From Methylophilaceae bacterium (GTDB lineage: Bacteria > Pseudomonadota > Gammaproteobacteria > Burkholderiales > Methylophilaceae), in contig DATBRG010000019.1 of assembly GCA_036560445.1 (NCBI GenBank), forward strand, positions 25,958-89,957: DNA of 64,000 nucleotides, written 5' to 3'. Made by a program: the position numbers and the translations under genes. This document shows positions 1 through 8,593 of this stretch, piece by piece (the stretch's first letter is position 1; each line of letters begins with the position of its first letter). The notes under the pieces are model-generated. The model saw nothing but the letters and a program-made list of their open reading frames with translations. It was not told where the DNA came from and did not search any database.

Positions 1-1116
1 GACAAACGGCAAACCGCTGGCTGCGGCTTCTATCAAAGTCAGGCCGAAAGGTTCGGTGAGCGCCGGGTTGACGAATACGCCATGCCAACGTGCCACTACC
101 CTGTATAGTTCGGGGATATATTCCACACTGCAATTTTTGGGGATAGCCACCTTGCCCCATAAATCAAATTTGTCTATATCCAGCAGTAAGTCACCCATTA
201 CCATTTGCTGCGCTTCTTCCATCTCGCGGATATCGGTACGTGTGCCAGCCACAATGATCAGGTTAGCAATCTGCTGTAACTGCGGGTTCTCGCCATAAGC
301 GTGCAGCAATCCAGGGATGTTCTTGCGTGTATCTGGACGGCTGATTGCCAGTATTGCTGGCTTGTCCGGCTCCGCCAGAAAGGGATTAAGCATGGTAATG
401 ACGTCTGGATTCAGGGCGCGGCGGCCAGGTGGAAAAAATAGCGATGTATCGGTACCAGGCGGAATCACCAGGTATTTTTGATCAGGCGTTTGATACATGC
501 CATATTGGTCGGTGACTTCTTGGCGTGTGCTGGCGACAATTAGCGAGGCATGTGACAGTACTTCTTCTTCAGCCCGGATGCGTCGATTGAAATTGAATTG
601 CCGCTCGATCGCTTGCTCTTTACGACCGCTATCCAGCAAGCGCTGGCGCTTCGGCCTGCCCAGTGAGTGGCCGGTGTGTATCTGCGGAATGCCCAACAGA
701 TTGGAAAGCTGTTGTCCAACATATCCGGCATCGGCATAGTGCGAGTGGATCACGTCAGGCAGGCGCCCCTGTTGGCGCAGCAGGTGCAGGCAGCGGTCTA
801 CCATCTGGTCCAGATGCGGCCACAGCAGCTCTTTTCGTATATAGCGTTTGGGCCCGCATGGCAGGCGCAATATGCGTACATTGTCTGCCAGCTGCTCTTC
901 GGGCCGGGCATAATCGCCAGATACTTGCGGGTCTTCGATCTGCCTGGTCAGTAGGTCGATCTGGACTACATTGGGGTTTCTGCCCAGCGCCTTTGCCAGT
1001 TCCACCACATAGGTAATCTGCCCACCGGTATCGGCATCGCGCCCTAGCTCCATATCCTTGCCACGCAACAAGCCGTGTACGCTGATCATTAATATGTAGA
1101 GTTTTTGTTCGGCCAT
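1..1116 (-). CDS. sps: Sucrose-phosphate synthase, N-terminal glycosyltransferase part (3' end runs off the window)
   Basis: Absent from the ORF track because it is open at the window edge. Hand translation of the minus strand from ATG at 1116 gives MAEQKLYILMISVHGLLRGKDMELGRDADTGGQITYVVELAKALG...HSHYADAGYVG...RWHGVFVNPALTEPFGLTLIEAAASGLPFV. The HGLxRG..ELGRDxDTGGQ block is the SPS (GT-B) signature. Confidence 0.8.
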   Translation of the reverse strand, partial: MAEQKLYILMISVHGLLRGKDMELGRDADTGGQITYVVELAKALGRNPNVVQIDLLTRQIEDPQVSGDYARPEEQLADNVRILRLPCGPKRYIRKELLWPHLDQMVDRCLHLLRQQGRLPDVIHSHYADAGYVGQQLSNLLGIPQIHTGHSLGRPKRQRLLDSGRKEQAIERQFNFNRRIRAEEEVLSHASLIVASTRQEVTDQYGMYQTPDQKYLVIPPGTDTSLFFPPGRRALNPDVITMLNPFLAEPDKPAILAISRPDTRKNIPGLLHAYGENPQLQQIANLIIVAGTRTDIREMEEAQQMVMGDLLLDIDKFDLWGKVAIPKNCSVEYIPELYRVVARWHGVFVNPALTEPFGLTLIEAAASGLPFV

Positions 1117-1131
1117 CACAAGATGCCTTGA

Positions 1132-2085
1132 TTACAGGCCCCATTCACGCAAAAAGGGGCGATAGAAATCTTTTGTTTGAGGTGTGGCGCCGCGAATCCC
1201 GCAGATGGCTGCTGAGAAGTCATTCGCGCGTGACATCGTAAGATATGTCGGCCAACCAAGGAGCATGCCCGCCATGAATACCGCGGCAAAAGCATCGCCA
1301 GCTCCAACGGTATCGATAACCTTTGAATCAGAAACGCTGCCCCGGTCTTCCGCCTGCATACCATCTTTATCAAGCAGCCAGGCGCCATCTTTACCGCAAG
1401 TCACCAGCACGCGTTCCAGCTCAAATCGCTTAATTAGTGCTGCGGCTTGCGCCCTGGTGTCGTTACCTGGCAAGCGCAGCATCTTGGCAAGCGTAGCAAG
1501 TTCGTCATCACTCATTTTTACGATATTCGCATGCTCCAGTGATCGATTGAGGATGCGCGTGTTGTACCAGGGAGCGCGTAGGTTCAGATCCAGTAGTCGC
1601 GCGGTGCTGGTGCTACGCAATAGTGCAGACAGGGCGCTACGTGAAATTTTGTGCCGCTGGGCCAGAGTGCCGAAATACAAAAGTTTAGGATGGACGCCGA
1701 GTTCAACCATGCGGGTGATTCCGGGGTGAATAAAGTCATAGGCCTGATGGTCAAGAATCTCAAACTGATGGCCATCGTCATTAATGTGGACAGCGACTTG
1801 GCCCGTGGGATGGAGCGGGTCGGACTGTATGCCGATAATGTCCATGCCCCAATCCAGCATGGCGTCGATAATAGGCTCGCGCAGCTCGTCATTACCAGTA
1901 CGGGAAATCAGTACAGGATGCAGGCCAAAGCCGCGTAAATGTCGGGCAACGTTAAATGGCGCGCCACCCAGGAGCATACGGTCGGGGAAGACATCTATTA
2001 ATACTTCGCCGAATAGAACTACGGTAGTTTTATCGTAGCCTGATGCTACTGGCGGGGATAAATTGTATTGTTGGTCTGTCAGCAT
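1132..2085 (-). CDS. PfkB-family sugar kinase, fructokinase-like
   Basis: 317-aa ORF with an N-terminal FGEVLIDVFP...GGAPFNVARHL block and a C-terminal DTVGAGDAF motif typical of PfkB/ribokinase-family fructokinases. It lies 15 nt upstream of sps on the same strand. Confidence 0.8.
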   Translation of the reverse strand: MLTDQQYNLSPPVASGYDKTTVVLFGEVLIDVFPDRMLLGGAPFNVARHLRGFGLHPVLISRTGNDELREPIIDAMLDWGMDIIGIQSDPLHPTGQVAVHINDDGHQFEILDHQAYDFIHPGITRMVELGVHPKLLYFGTLAQRHKISRSALSALLRSTSTARLLDLNLRAPWYNTRILNRSLEHANIVKMSDDELATLAKMLRLPGNDTRAQAAALIKRFELERVLVTCGKDGAWLLDKDGMQAEDRGSVSDSKVIDTVGAGDAFAAVFMAGMLLGWPTYLTMSRANDFSAAICGIRGATPQTKDFYRPFLREWGL

Positions 2086-2261
2086 TGATTAAGCAAGCCG
2101 GTGTTATCCATTTCAATATTCAGGATCCCCTTGCTAAATCCGGCATGTGTAGCCGTTGCTGCTAATTATTGTAAATTTTGTACTATCTGAAAGTAATGGA
2201 CAGCTATTCCGATGGTGGAGTTCCTCATTTTTGATGTATGGGGCGCTATCGGAACGGGGTT

Positions 2262-2570
2262 CTATCGGCCTTTACCGCTGCCTGAGCCGCGGTTGAAGTC
2301 TTTATCCCCAATAGGGATGCAGCGTCCGAGGCCAAACATACCGCCCTGAGAGCCTGCCGGGCAGCCCTGGTTTTCCGGATATTGTTTGGCGACTTCTGCA
2401 GCTTGTGCGGCTTTTTTCGCATCAATAAATTCCCAGCGGCCATTTGCATGCAACACAACCTGATCACCCTCAGCCGTGAGTGCTTTAAGGTCACCACCGT
2501 CATCTGCTGCATAAACCGGGCTAGCCAACAAGCAGCTTAGTAGCATGCCGTATACAATATTTCTCATCAT
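2262..2570 (-). CDS. Small exported protein of unknown function (about 102 aa)
   Basis: Start moved to the MMRNIVYGMLL Met pair because GGAG lies just upstream (revcomp of 2571-2580). Signal peptide LLSCLLASPVYA/AD. Two Cys (GCPAGSQGGMFGLGRC) and a Gly/Ser-rich tail. Begins about 24 nt after the nasA stop, same strand. Confidence 0.6.
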   Translation of the reverse strand: MMRNIVYGMLLSCLLASPVYAADDGGDLKALTAEGDQVVLHANGRWEFIDAKKAAQAAEVAKQYPENQGCPAGSQGGMFGLGRCIPIGDKDFNRGSGSGKGR

Positions 2571-2594
2571 CTCTCCGGGTTGAGTAAGCACTAA

Positions 2595-5315
2595 CTAATT
2601 AGGATGTTTGCTGTGCAATTGCAGCATGCGCTTCAGTTCTGGCACACAAGAGCCGCATTCAGTGCCGCATTTTAGTTTGTTCTGCAAAGTCGGCAGATCG
2701 GCACCCATTTGTATGGTTTCGATAATCTCATTTTCGGCAACATCCAGACAGTTACAGACAATTTTACCTCGACTATGTTGTCCTGTGGGCGGGGCACTGA
2801 GTGGCGCCAGTGCCCAGCGCCGCAGATCGTCGGAGAAATGGCCGTGGGTCATGACTTCCTTGAGCCAATCGGCGGCAAGGGTCTCACCGATCAGGCGCAC
2901 GCCTGTTACATGGTAATCCTCCACTAGCACGCGCTTGGATATGCCGCGCTTGGCATCGTTGTAGTTGAGCATGGACATTTCGTCGTCCATGCCTAGGATA
3001 GAGTCAAGCTCGGCGATCAGAGCTGGCTCGATGGCCGCAATATGGCTGGCACGCAGGATGACCATGCCGGGCTCGCGCCCAAACAGGCCGCAACTGGCAT
3101 AGTCGAAGTGTTTGAGTAGTCCGCGCAATCGTTGCAGCATACTCAGGTCGTGGCATACCCGCATGGCGATTAGGCGCCATGGCAGCACCATTTTTTCGAC
3201 CTTGACCGCCGTGTGCTTGAGCTCCGGCTGCTTCGAGACTTTGTCGAATGCACTGGGCATTAAGGCGTTGACGCCCATGCCGTTCATATATTGACTACCC
3301 CAGTGCATCGGGATGAACAGCTGGGCCGGCATCACTTCATCTGACGATTGCGCCCGTAGCACCATGCTTCCGCGCTTATTACTCACCTTGACTACGTCGC
3401 CGGACTTAATGGAGCGACGCTGCATGTCATCTTCGTTCATGGAGATGATGGGTTCCTCGGCGTGGTTGAATAATTGTGCCACGGTACCGGTGCGGCTCAT
3501 GCCATGCCACTGGTCGCGCAAGCGTCCGGTAGTCAGGTGCAGCGGATGGCGTGCATCAGTCTTGTCAGCGGTAGCTTTGTATACGGTGTTGATGAAGTGA
3601 GCTTTGCCATCAGGTTTTTCAAATTTCCCATCAGTATATAAGCGTGCATTGCCAGCGCTTACTCCCTCTGGAAACGGCCACTGTTGAGGGCCTTGTTTAT
3701 CCAAAAGCTTATAACTCAGGCCTGTGATATCAAGGTCGCGACCACGTGTGCTTTCTCGGTGCTCGTTGAAAACGTGCTCGGCTTGTGTATAAGGAAACAG
3801 CTTGGCAGCGTTAGGGCCACCTTCAAGCAGACGTCCGAGGCGGTGCGCAAATTCGGTCACTATCTGCCAATCGTGTCGTGTTTCACCTGGTGCATCTACT
3901 GCTGGCATCACATGGGTGATGCGTCGCTCGGAATTGGTGACACTACCTTCTTTCTCGCCCCATGTAGTGGCGGGTAGCAGCACATCGGCAAACTTTGTAG
4001 TGTCGGTATCGTGGTAGGCATCCTGCACGACTACCAGCTCAGCCTTGTCTAGCGCGTCGTGTACGCTATTGAGGTTGGGCATGGATTGAGCAGGGTTGGT
4101 GCAGGCGATCCAGATGGCCTTGATGCTGCCATTGTGTAGCGCATCGAACATTTCTACTGCAGTCTTTCCTGGATTTTCAGGTACGCTTTTCAGGCCCCAT
4201 AGCTTGGCTACTTCTGCGCGGTGTTCAGGGTTGGCCAAGTCACGATGCGCAGAAAGTAGGTTAGCCATGCCGCCAACTTCGCGTCCACCCATGGCATTCG
4301 GTTGCCCGGTGAGTGATAGCGGCCCTGCACCAGGCTTGCCGATCTGGCCGGTGGCCAAGTGCAAGTTAATCAATGCGGCATTTTTATCCGTACCGCTGGT
4401 GGATTGATTGAGACCCTGACAGTACATGGAAAGCGTAGGGCCAGCACCAAACCACTTGGCAGCAGTGATGATGTCAGCCTCCTTGATGCCGCAGATATCG
4501 GCCACCATCTTTGGTGTGTACTCGCGTACCGTGCTCTTCAATGCCTCGAAGCCTACTGTGTTGGCATTGATGTAGGTCATATCCAGCATACCTTCCCACA
4601 ACATCACGTGCAGCATGCCGTTGAACAGCGCAACATCAGTCCCCGGCAGGATAGCCAGATGCAGATCCGCCGCTTGAGCGGTATCGGTACGGCGTGGGTC
4701 GACCACGATCATTTTAAGGTTGGGGTTTTTCGCCTTGGCGTCTTCGATGCGACGATACAGGATGGGGTGCGCGTAAGCGGTGTTAGACCCGGCGATGAAC
4801 AGGCAGGCAGTATGGTCGATATCCTCATAGCAGGCCGGCGGTGCATCGGCTCCCAAGGTGACTTTGTAGCCAGCAACGGCAGATGACATGCATAGGCGCG
4901 AATTGGTGTCGACGTTGTTGGTGCCAATCAGGCCTTTAGCCAGCTTATTGAAGACATAGTAATCCTCAGTCAGTAGCTGGCCGGAGATATAAAATGCAAC
5001 TGCATCAGGGCCATGCTTGCGGATAATGGAAGCAAAACGCTCGGCGATGTAGTCCAGGGACTCATCCCAGCTGGCCTTGCGACGCGGTTCATTACGCGAT
5101 ATGCGCAACTCGGGAAATAACGCGCGTGCGTCTGGTTTGGCCGTCAGGTGCAGGGTTGAACCCTTGGTACACAAACGGCCAAAGTTGGCAGGATGGTCAG
5201 GGTCGCCACGCACACCAGTGATCTTGCCGGCCTCTGTTTTGATCAGAACGCCGCATCCCACGCCGCAATAGCAGCAGGTGGACTTGGTCTCGACGGGTTT
5301 TATCTCACTGCTCAA
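2595..5315 (-). CDS. nasA: Assimilatory nitrate reductase catalytic subunit (Mo-bisPGD) with C-terminal BFD-like [2Fe-2S] domain
   Basis: 906 aa. N-terminal 4Fe-4S motif CCYCGVGCG...C, molybdopterin oxidoreductase body, and a C-terminal CNC...CGTECGSC BFD-type cluster. The TTG start directly abuts the nirD stop (TAATTG). Confidence 0.9.
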   Translation of the reverse strand: MSSEIKPVETKSTCCYCGVGCGVLIKTEAGKITGVRGDPDHPANFGRLCTKGSTLHLTAKPDARALFPELRISRNEPRRKASWDESLDYIAERFASIIRKHGPDAVAFYISGQLLTEDYYVFNKLAKGLIGTNNVDTNSRLCMSSAVAGYKVTLGADAPPACYEDIDHTACLFIAGSNTAYAHPILYRRIEDAKAKNPNLKMIVVDPRRTDTAQAADLHLAILPGTDVALFNGMLHVMLWEGMLDMTYINANTVGFEALKSTVREYTPKMVADICGIKEADIITAAKWFGAGPTLSMYCQGLNQSTSGTDKNAALINLHLATGQIGKPGAGPLSLTGQPNAMGGREVGGMANLLSAHRDLANPEHRAEVAKLWGLKSVPENPGKTAVEMFDALHNGSIKAIWIACTNPAQSMPNLNSVHDALDKAELVVVQDAYHDTDTTKFADVLLPATTWGEKEGSVTNSERRITHVMPAVDAPGETRHDWQIVTEFAHRLGRLLEGGPNAAKLFPYTQAEHVFNEHRESTRGRDLDITGLSYKLLDKQGPQQWPFPEGVSAGNARLYTDGKFEKPDGKAHFINTVYKATADKTDARHPLHLTTGRLRDQWHGMSRTGTVAQLFNHAEEPIISMNEDDMQRRSIKSGDVVKVSNKRGSMVLRAQSSDEVMPAQLFIPMHWGSQYMNGMGVNALMPSAFDKVSKQPELKHTAVKVEKMVLPWRLIAMRVCHDLSMLQRLRGLLKHFDYASCGLFGREPGMVILRASHIAAIEPALIAELDSILGMDDEMSMLNYNDAKRGISKRVLVEDYHVTGVRLIGETLAADWLKEVMTHGHFSDDLRRWALAPLSAPPTGQHSRGKIVCNCLDVAENEIIETIQMGADLPTLQNKLKCGTECGSCVPELKRMLQLHSKHPN

Positions 5316-5624
5316 TTACAGCTCCAGATAAACCGTACCGTCTTCTACCTTGACCGCATAACACGCGGTATGGCCCTCATCCGGTTCTTCGGCATTGCCG
5401 TCAGCCAGGCCGATTTTCCAGCCATGCAGCGGGCAGGCTACCTTGTCTCCGTAGACGATGCCCTGGGATAGCGGGCCGCCCTTGTGAGGACATTCGTTAT
5501 GTAACGCGAATACACGGTCATCCTCAGTACGGAACACTGCGATATCACCTTTGCTGCTGCGCACTACTCTTGAGCCCAGTTTGGGGATTTCGTTCAGGGC
5601 AACTATTTTTTTCCACTCACTCAT
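5316..5624 (-). CDS. nirD: NAD(P)H nitrite reductase small subunit (Rieske-like)
   Basis: 102 aa with CPHKGGPL...CPLHGW motifs, the typical NirD size and pattern. Confidence 0.9.
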   Translation of the reverse strand: MSEWKKIVALNEIPKLGSRVVRSSKGDIAVFRTEDDRVFALHNECPHKGGPLSQGIVYGDKVACPLHGWKIGLADGNAEEPDEGHTACYAVKVEDGTVYLEL

Positions 5625-5637
5625 ACTTTTATCACTT

Positions 5638-7332
5638 TCACGAAACGACCAACAAATAGATCAACAAAAAATTCAAAATCAGCGAAAACAAGGCTATCCA
5701 TTGCCACTTTACCAGCTTGGCACGAGCAATAAGAGGCGTACGCTGCGGCGCCAGGATGGGCCTGAGTTCACCATGTTCAAGCGCCAGTAACATTTCTTCT
5801 GCGGTTTCAAAACGAGCGGCGGGTTCGCGTGCCACCGCTTTGAGTACGATATTCTCCAGCCAGCCGGGGATATCCGGCCGGTAACGTGTGGGCGGCACTG
5901 GGTCGCCAAAGCGCGGGCGCTGGAAGGGTTCGATTTCGCCGTAAGGATAACGTCGCGTTAGCAGGTGATAAAGCGTTACCCCGGCTGCATAGATGTCGCT
6001 GCTCATGCTTGCGGGCTGGCCGTCAAACAACTCTGGTGCCATGAAGCTAGGGGTGCCCGGGTTCTGCATGGCAGAAATGCTGCCGGTACCCATACTGAGC
6101 GCTACACCGAGGTCAAGTATGCGCAGGCGTTCGTCTTTCCCCTGGTGGATGTTGGCTGGCTTGATATCCCTGTGTACGATATTCAGGCGATGCAATGCGC
6201 CGAGGCCGCGCATGAGTTCAGTGCCTATGCGGCCAGTCTCTGTGGCGGTGAAATGGTGCCCGCTATCCAGCATCTTTTGTAGCGTCGCACCATCATGCCA
6301 ACTCATCACGTAGTAGAGCTGGCTGCGTTTGTCCATGGTCAGCGGCAGCACCTGCGGCACATATTGCGAGACAACGCGCTTGGCCAGCCACTCTTCATTA
6401 AGCAGGGCCTGACAGCTATCAGCATCTTCGGCCAGCAGCGGTTGCAATGTTTTAAGCACGAAATGCTGGCCGCTGCCGCTGTTGCGTACCTTATATAACA
6501 GGCTGGCGCGCGACTCATGTAGCAATTCCACCACTTCGAAACCATCCAGAGACTCGCCGGGCTTGAGTTTGGGTGGCACATGCAGGTGTTTCCCGCCCGC
6601 CAGTAGCTCTGAAAGAGTATCCTCGCCCGGCTGGTCTATACGTATGACCAATGCTGTCGCATTGTCCTGCCCATTTTGCGCCAACGCATCGTTGACCAGC
6701 CGGTCTGCGATCATTTGCGGGTTGTCATAGAGCCGGAGGGCCTCATGAATGGATTTTTGTCCGAGCACTTCCCATACACCATCGCTCATGAGTGCGAACA
6801 CATCGCCCGCCTGTAATTCGCCCTCGGCATAATCTGCCATCAAGTGCTGGTCAAGGCCGACTGCACGCTTGAGCACGTGGCGCATGTCGGGCCTATCCCA
6901 CACATGGTCGGCAGTGAGCTGCATCAACTCACCCTGGCGCAAACGGTAAATGCGGGTATCGCCGACATGGGCAAGGTAATAGCGCTGACCGCGTAGTACC
7001 AGTAGCGAGAGCGTAGTAGCCATGCCGGCGAGGTCACGATTAGAGGCAGCCTGCGCCAATAGCCAGCGGTTAGCAGCGCCGAGAACCTTATCCAACGATA
7101 CGTGTACTTCCCAGGTATCGGGGGTGGCATAGTAGTCAGACAGTACGCTACGTACGGTCATTTCAGCCGCTTCCAACCCGCCAGCATTCCCGCTAACACC
7201 ATCGGCCACGGCTACTAGCGCGCCTTTGATAGACATTTGCTCGCTGGTGGGCGTGACGATGCCGCAGTAATCCTCGTTACGTTCGCGCGGGCCGGCCTGG
7301 CTGCTTTGGCCGACGCGGAATTGCAAGGTCAT
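5638..7332 (-). CDS. Fused PP2C phosphatase / Hanks-type Ser-Thr kinase with C-terminal transmembrane anchor
   Basis: The N-terminal half has PP2C motifs (RERNEDY, VADGVSG, MSDGVWE, GQDNATA). The C-terminal half has kinase motifs (VLKTL Lys, HRDIKPANI, DLG, APE). The last about 25 aa are hydrophobic (WQWIALFSLILNFLLIYLLVV). Confidence 0.85.
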   Translation of the reverse strand: MTLQFRVGQSSQAGPRERNEDYCGIVTPTSEQMSIKGALVAVADGVSGNAGGLEAAEMTVRSVLSDYYATPDTWEVHVSLDKVLGAANRWLLAQAASNRDLAGMATTLSLLVLRGQRYYLAHVGDTRIYRLRQGELMQLTADHVWDRPDMRHVLKRAVGLDQHLMADYAEGELQAGDVFALMSDGVWEVLGQKSIHEALRLYDNPQMIADRLVNDALAQNGQDNATALVIRIDQPGEDTLSELLAGGKHLHVPPKLKPGESLDGFEVVELLHESRASLLYKVRNSGSGQHFVLKTLQPLLAEDADSCQALLNEEWLAKRVVSQYVPQVLPLTMDKRSQLYYVMSWHDGATLQKMLDSGHHFTATETGRIGTELMRGLGALHRLNIVHRDIKPANIHQGKDERLRILDLGVALSMGTGSISAMQNPGTPSFMAPELFDGQPASMSSDIYAAGVTLYHLLTRRYPYGEIEPFQRPRFGDPVPPTRYRPDIPGWLENIVLKAVAREPAARFETAEEMLLALEHGELRPILAPQRTPLIARAKLVKWQWIALFSLILNFLLIYLLVVS

Positions 7333-7360
7333 GAGAGCTTCCTAGTACAACATCCTTGCA

Positions 7361-8575
7361 TCATACCTTAGCGGCAGTAACCGCAGCTGAGCCCCAAGTT
7401 GTACGCCAGCGTGTCTTGACGCCCGTGAGGCCAACGATGGCCAACAGCGACAGCCCGGCGAATATCAGCAAACCTAGCTGATAGTTTCCGGTTGCTTGTT
7501 TGCACCAACCCAGGCTGGCGGCCAGATAAAAACCACCGATACCGCCGGCCATGCCGACCAGGCCGGTCATTACGCCGATCTCCTTGCGGAAGCGTTGCGG
7601 TACTAATTGGAATACCGAGCCGTTACCCATACCCAGCGCAGCCATGAGCGGCACCACCACCAATAGCGCGGTGGTCATGGTGGGTTGACCGAAGCTCATG
7701 ATAAACAATAGCGCTCCGGCAATGCCGTACATGATAAGCAGGGTGCGGATACCGCCGACGCGGTCGGCGATATAGCCACCTACTGGCCGTACCAGTGAGC
7801 CGGCGAATACGCAGGCTGCGGTGGCATAACCCGCAACTACAGGGCCTACCGCAAACAGATCGTTGAAATAGATAGTCAGTGATGATGCCAAGCCAACGAA
7901 ACCACCAAAAGTGACGCTGTAAAAGAACATGAACCACCAGGCATCCGCATCTTTAAGGATGGCGACATACTGGCCAAGTGACTTGGCAGGTGGGGTATCC
8001 GCGCTATCCTTGGCGTTAATGGCGTAAATCACCAGCACCAGCACCAGCGGGATCAATGCCAGGCCGAATACGTTATTCCAGCCGTAGGCCAATGCCAGGC
8101 TGGGAGCGAACAAGGCGGCGAATACGGTGCCCGAGTTACCGGCACCAGCGATGCCGAGTGCTGTTCCCTGATGCTCGGGCGGGTACCAGCGCGAAGCCAG
8201 CGGTAAAGCCACGGCGAAGGAGGCTCCGGCAAAGCCGAGGAATATCCCTAGAGTCAATGCTTGCTGGAAGTTTTCTATGCCATGCAGCCAGGCTGTAGTG
8301 AGCGCCAGGATGACAATCACTTGGCCAATCAGGCCCGCCTTTTTAGGTTTGATCTGATCGACCAGCACGCCCATGACGATGCGTAGCAAGGCACCAGCCA
8401 GAACTGGCGTAGCGACCATGAGGCCTTTCTGTGCAGGTGTCAGGTGCAGGGTTGTTGCAATCTGCACGGCCAAAGGGCCAAGCAGTACCCAAACCATGAA
8501 GCTCAGGTCGAAATACAGGAACGCAGAAAACAGGGTTGGCTTGTGGCCTGCCTGCCAGAAATTGCTTTTCATCAT
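7361..8575 (-). CDS. narK: MFS nitrate/nitrite transporter (NarK/NasA type)
   Basis: 404 aa with 12 predicted TM segments and Gly-rich NNP-family blocks (GFAGASF, GAGNSG). Sits between nirB and the kinase gene. Confidence 0.85.
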   Translation of the reverse strand: MMKSNFWQAGHKPTLFSAFLYFDLSFMVWVLLGPLAVQIATTLHLTPAQKGLMVATPVLAGALLRIVMGVLVDQIKPKKAGLIGQVIVILALTTAWLHGIENFQQALTLGIFLGFAGASFAVALPLASRWYPPEHQGTALGIAGAGNSGTVFAALFAPSLALAYGWNNVFGLALIPLVLVLVIYAINAKDSADTPPAKSLGQYVAILKDADAWWFMFFYSVTFGGFVGLASSLTIYFNDLFAVGPVVAGYATAACVFAGSLVRPVGGYIADRVGGIRTLLIMYGIAGALLFIMSFGQPTMTTALLVVVPLMAALGMGNGSVFQLVPQRFRKEIGVMTGLVGMAGGIGGFYLAASLGWCKQATGNYQLGLLIFAGLSLLAIVGLTGVKTRWRTTWGSAAVTAAKV

Positions 8576-8593
8576 AATCTCCTCTGGTGATGC

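Noticed and set aside
755-1144. 129-aa minus-strand ORF bridging sps and the fructokinase gene
   Set aside because: It is out of frame with the SPS reading frame, which carries clear family motifs. The sequence looks like a frame-shifted translation artefact.
2138-2166. Possible degenerate third copy of the 62-bp repeat (ATCCGGCATGTGTAGCCGTTGCTGCTAAT versus ATCCGGGATTGTGTTCGTTGCTGACCAAT)
   Set aside because: Only about 70% identity over about 30 nt, and gaps are required, so it is too weak to call by eye. A genome-wide search with copies A and B would decide.
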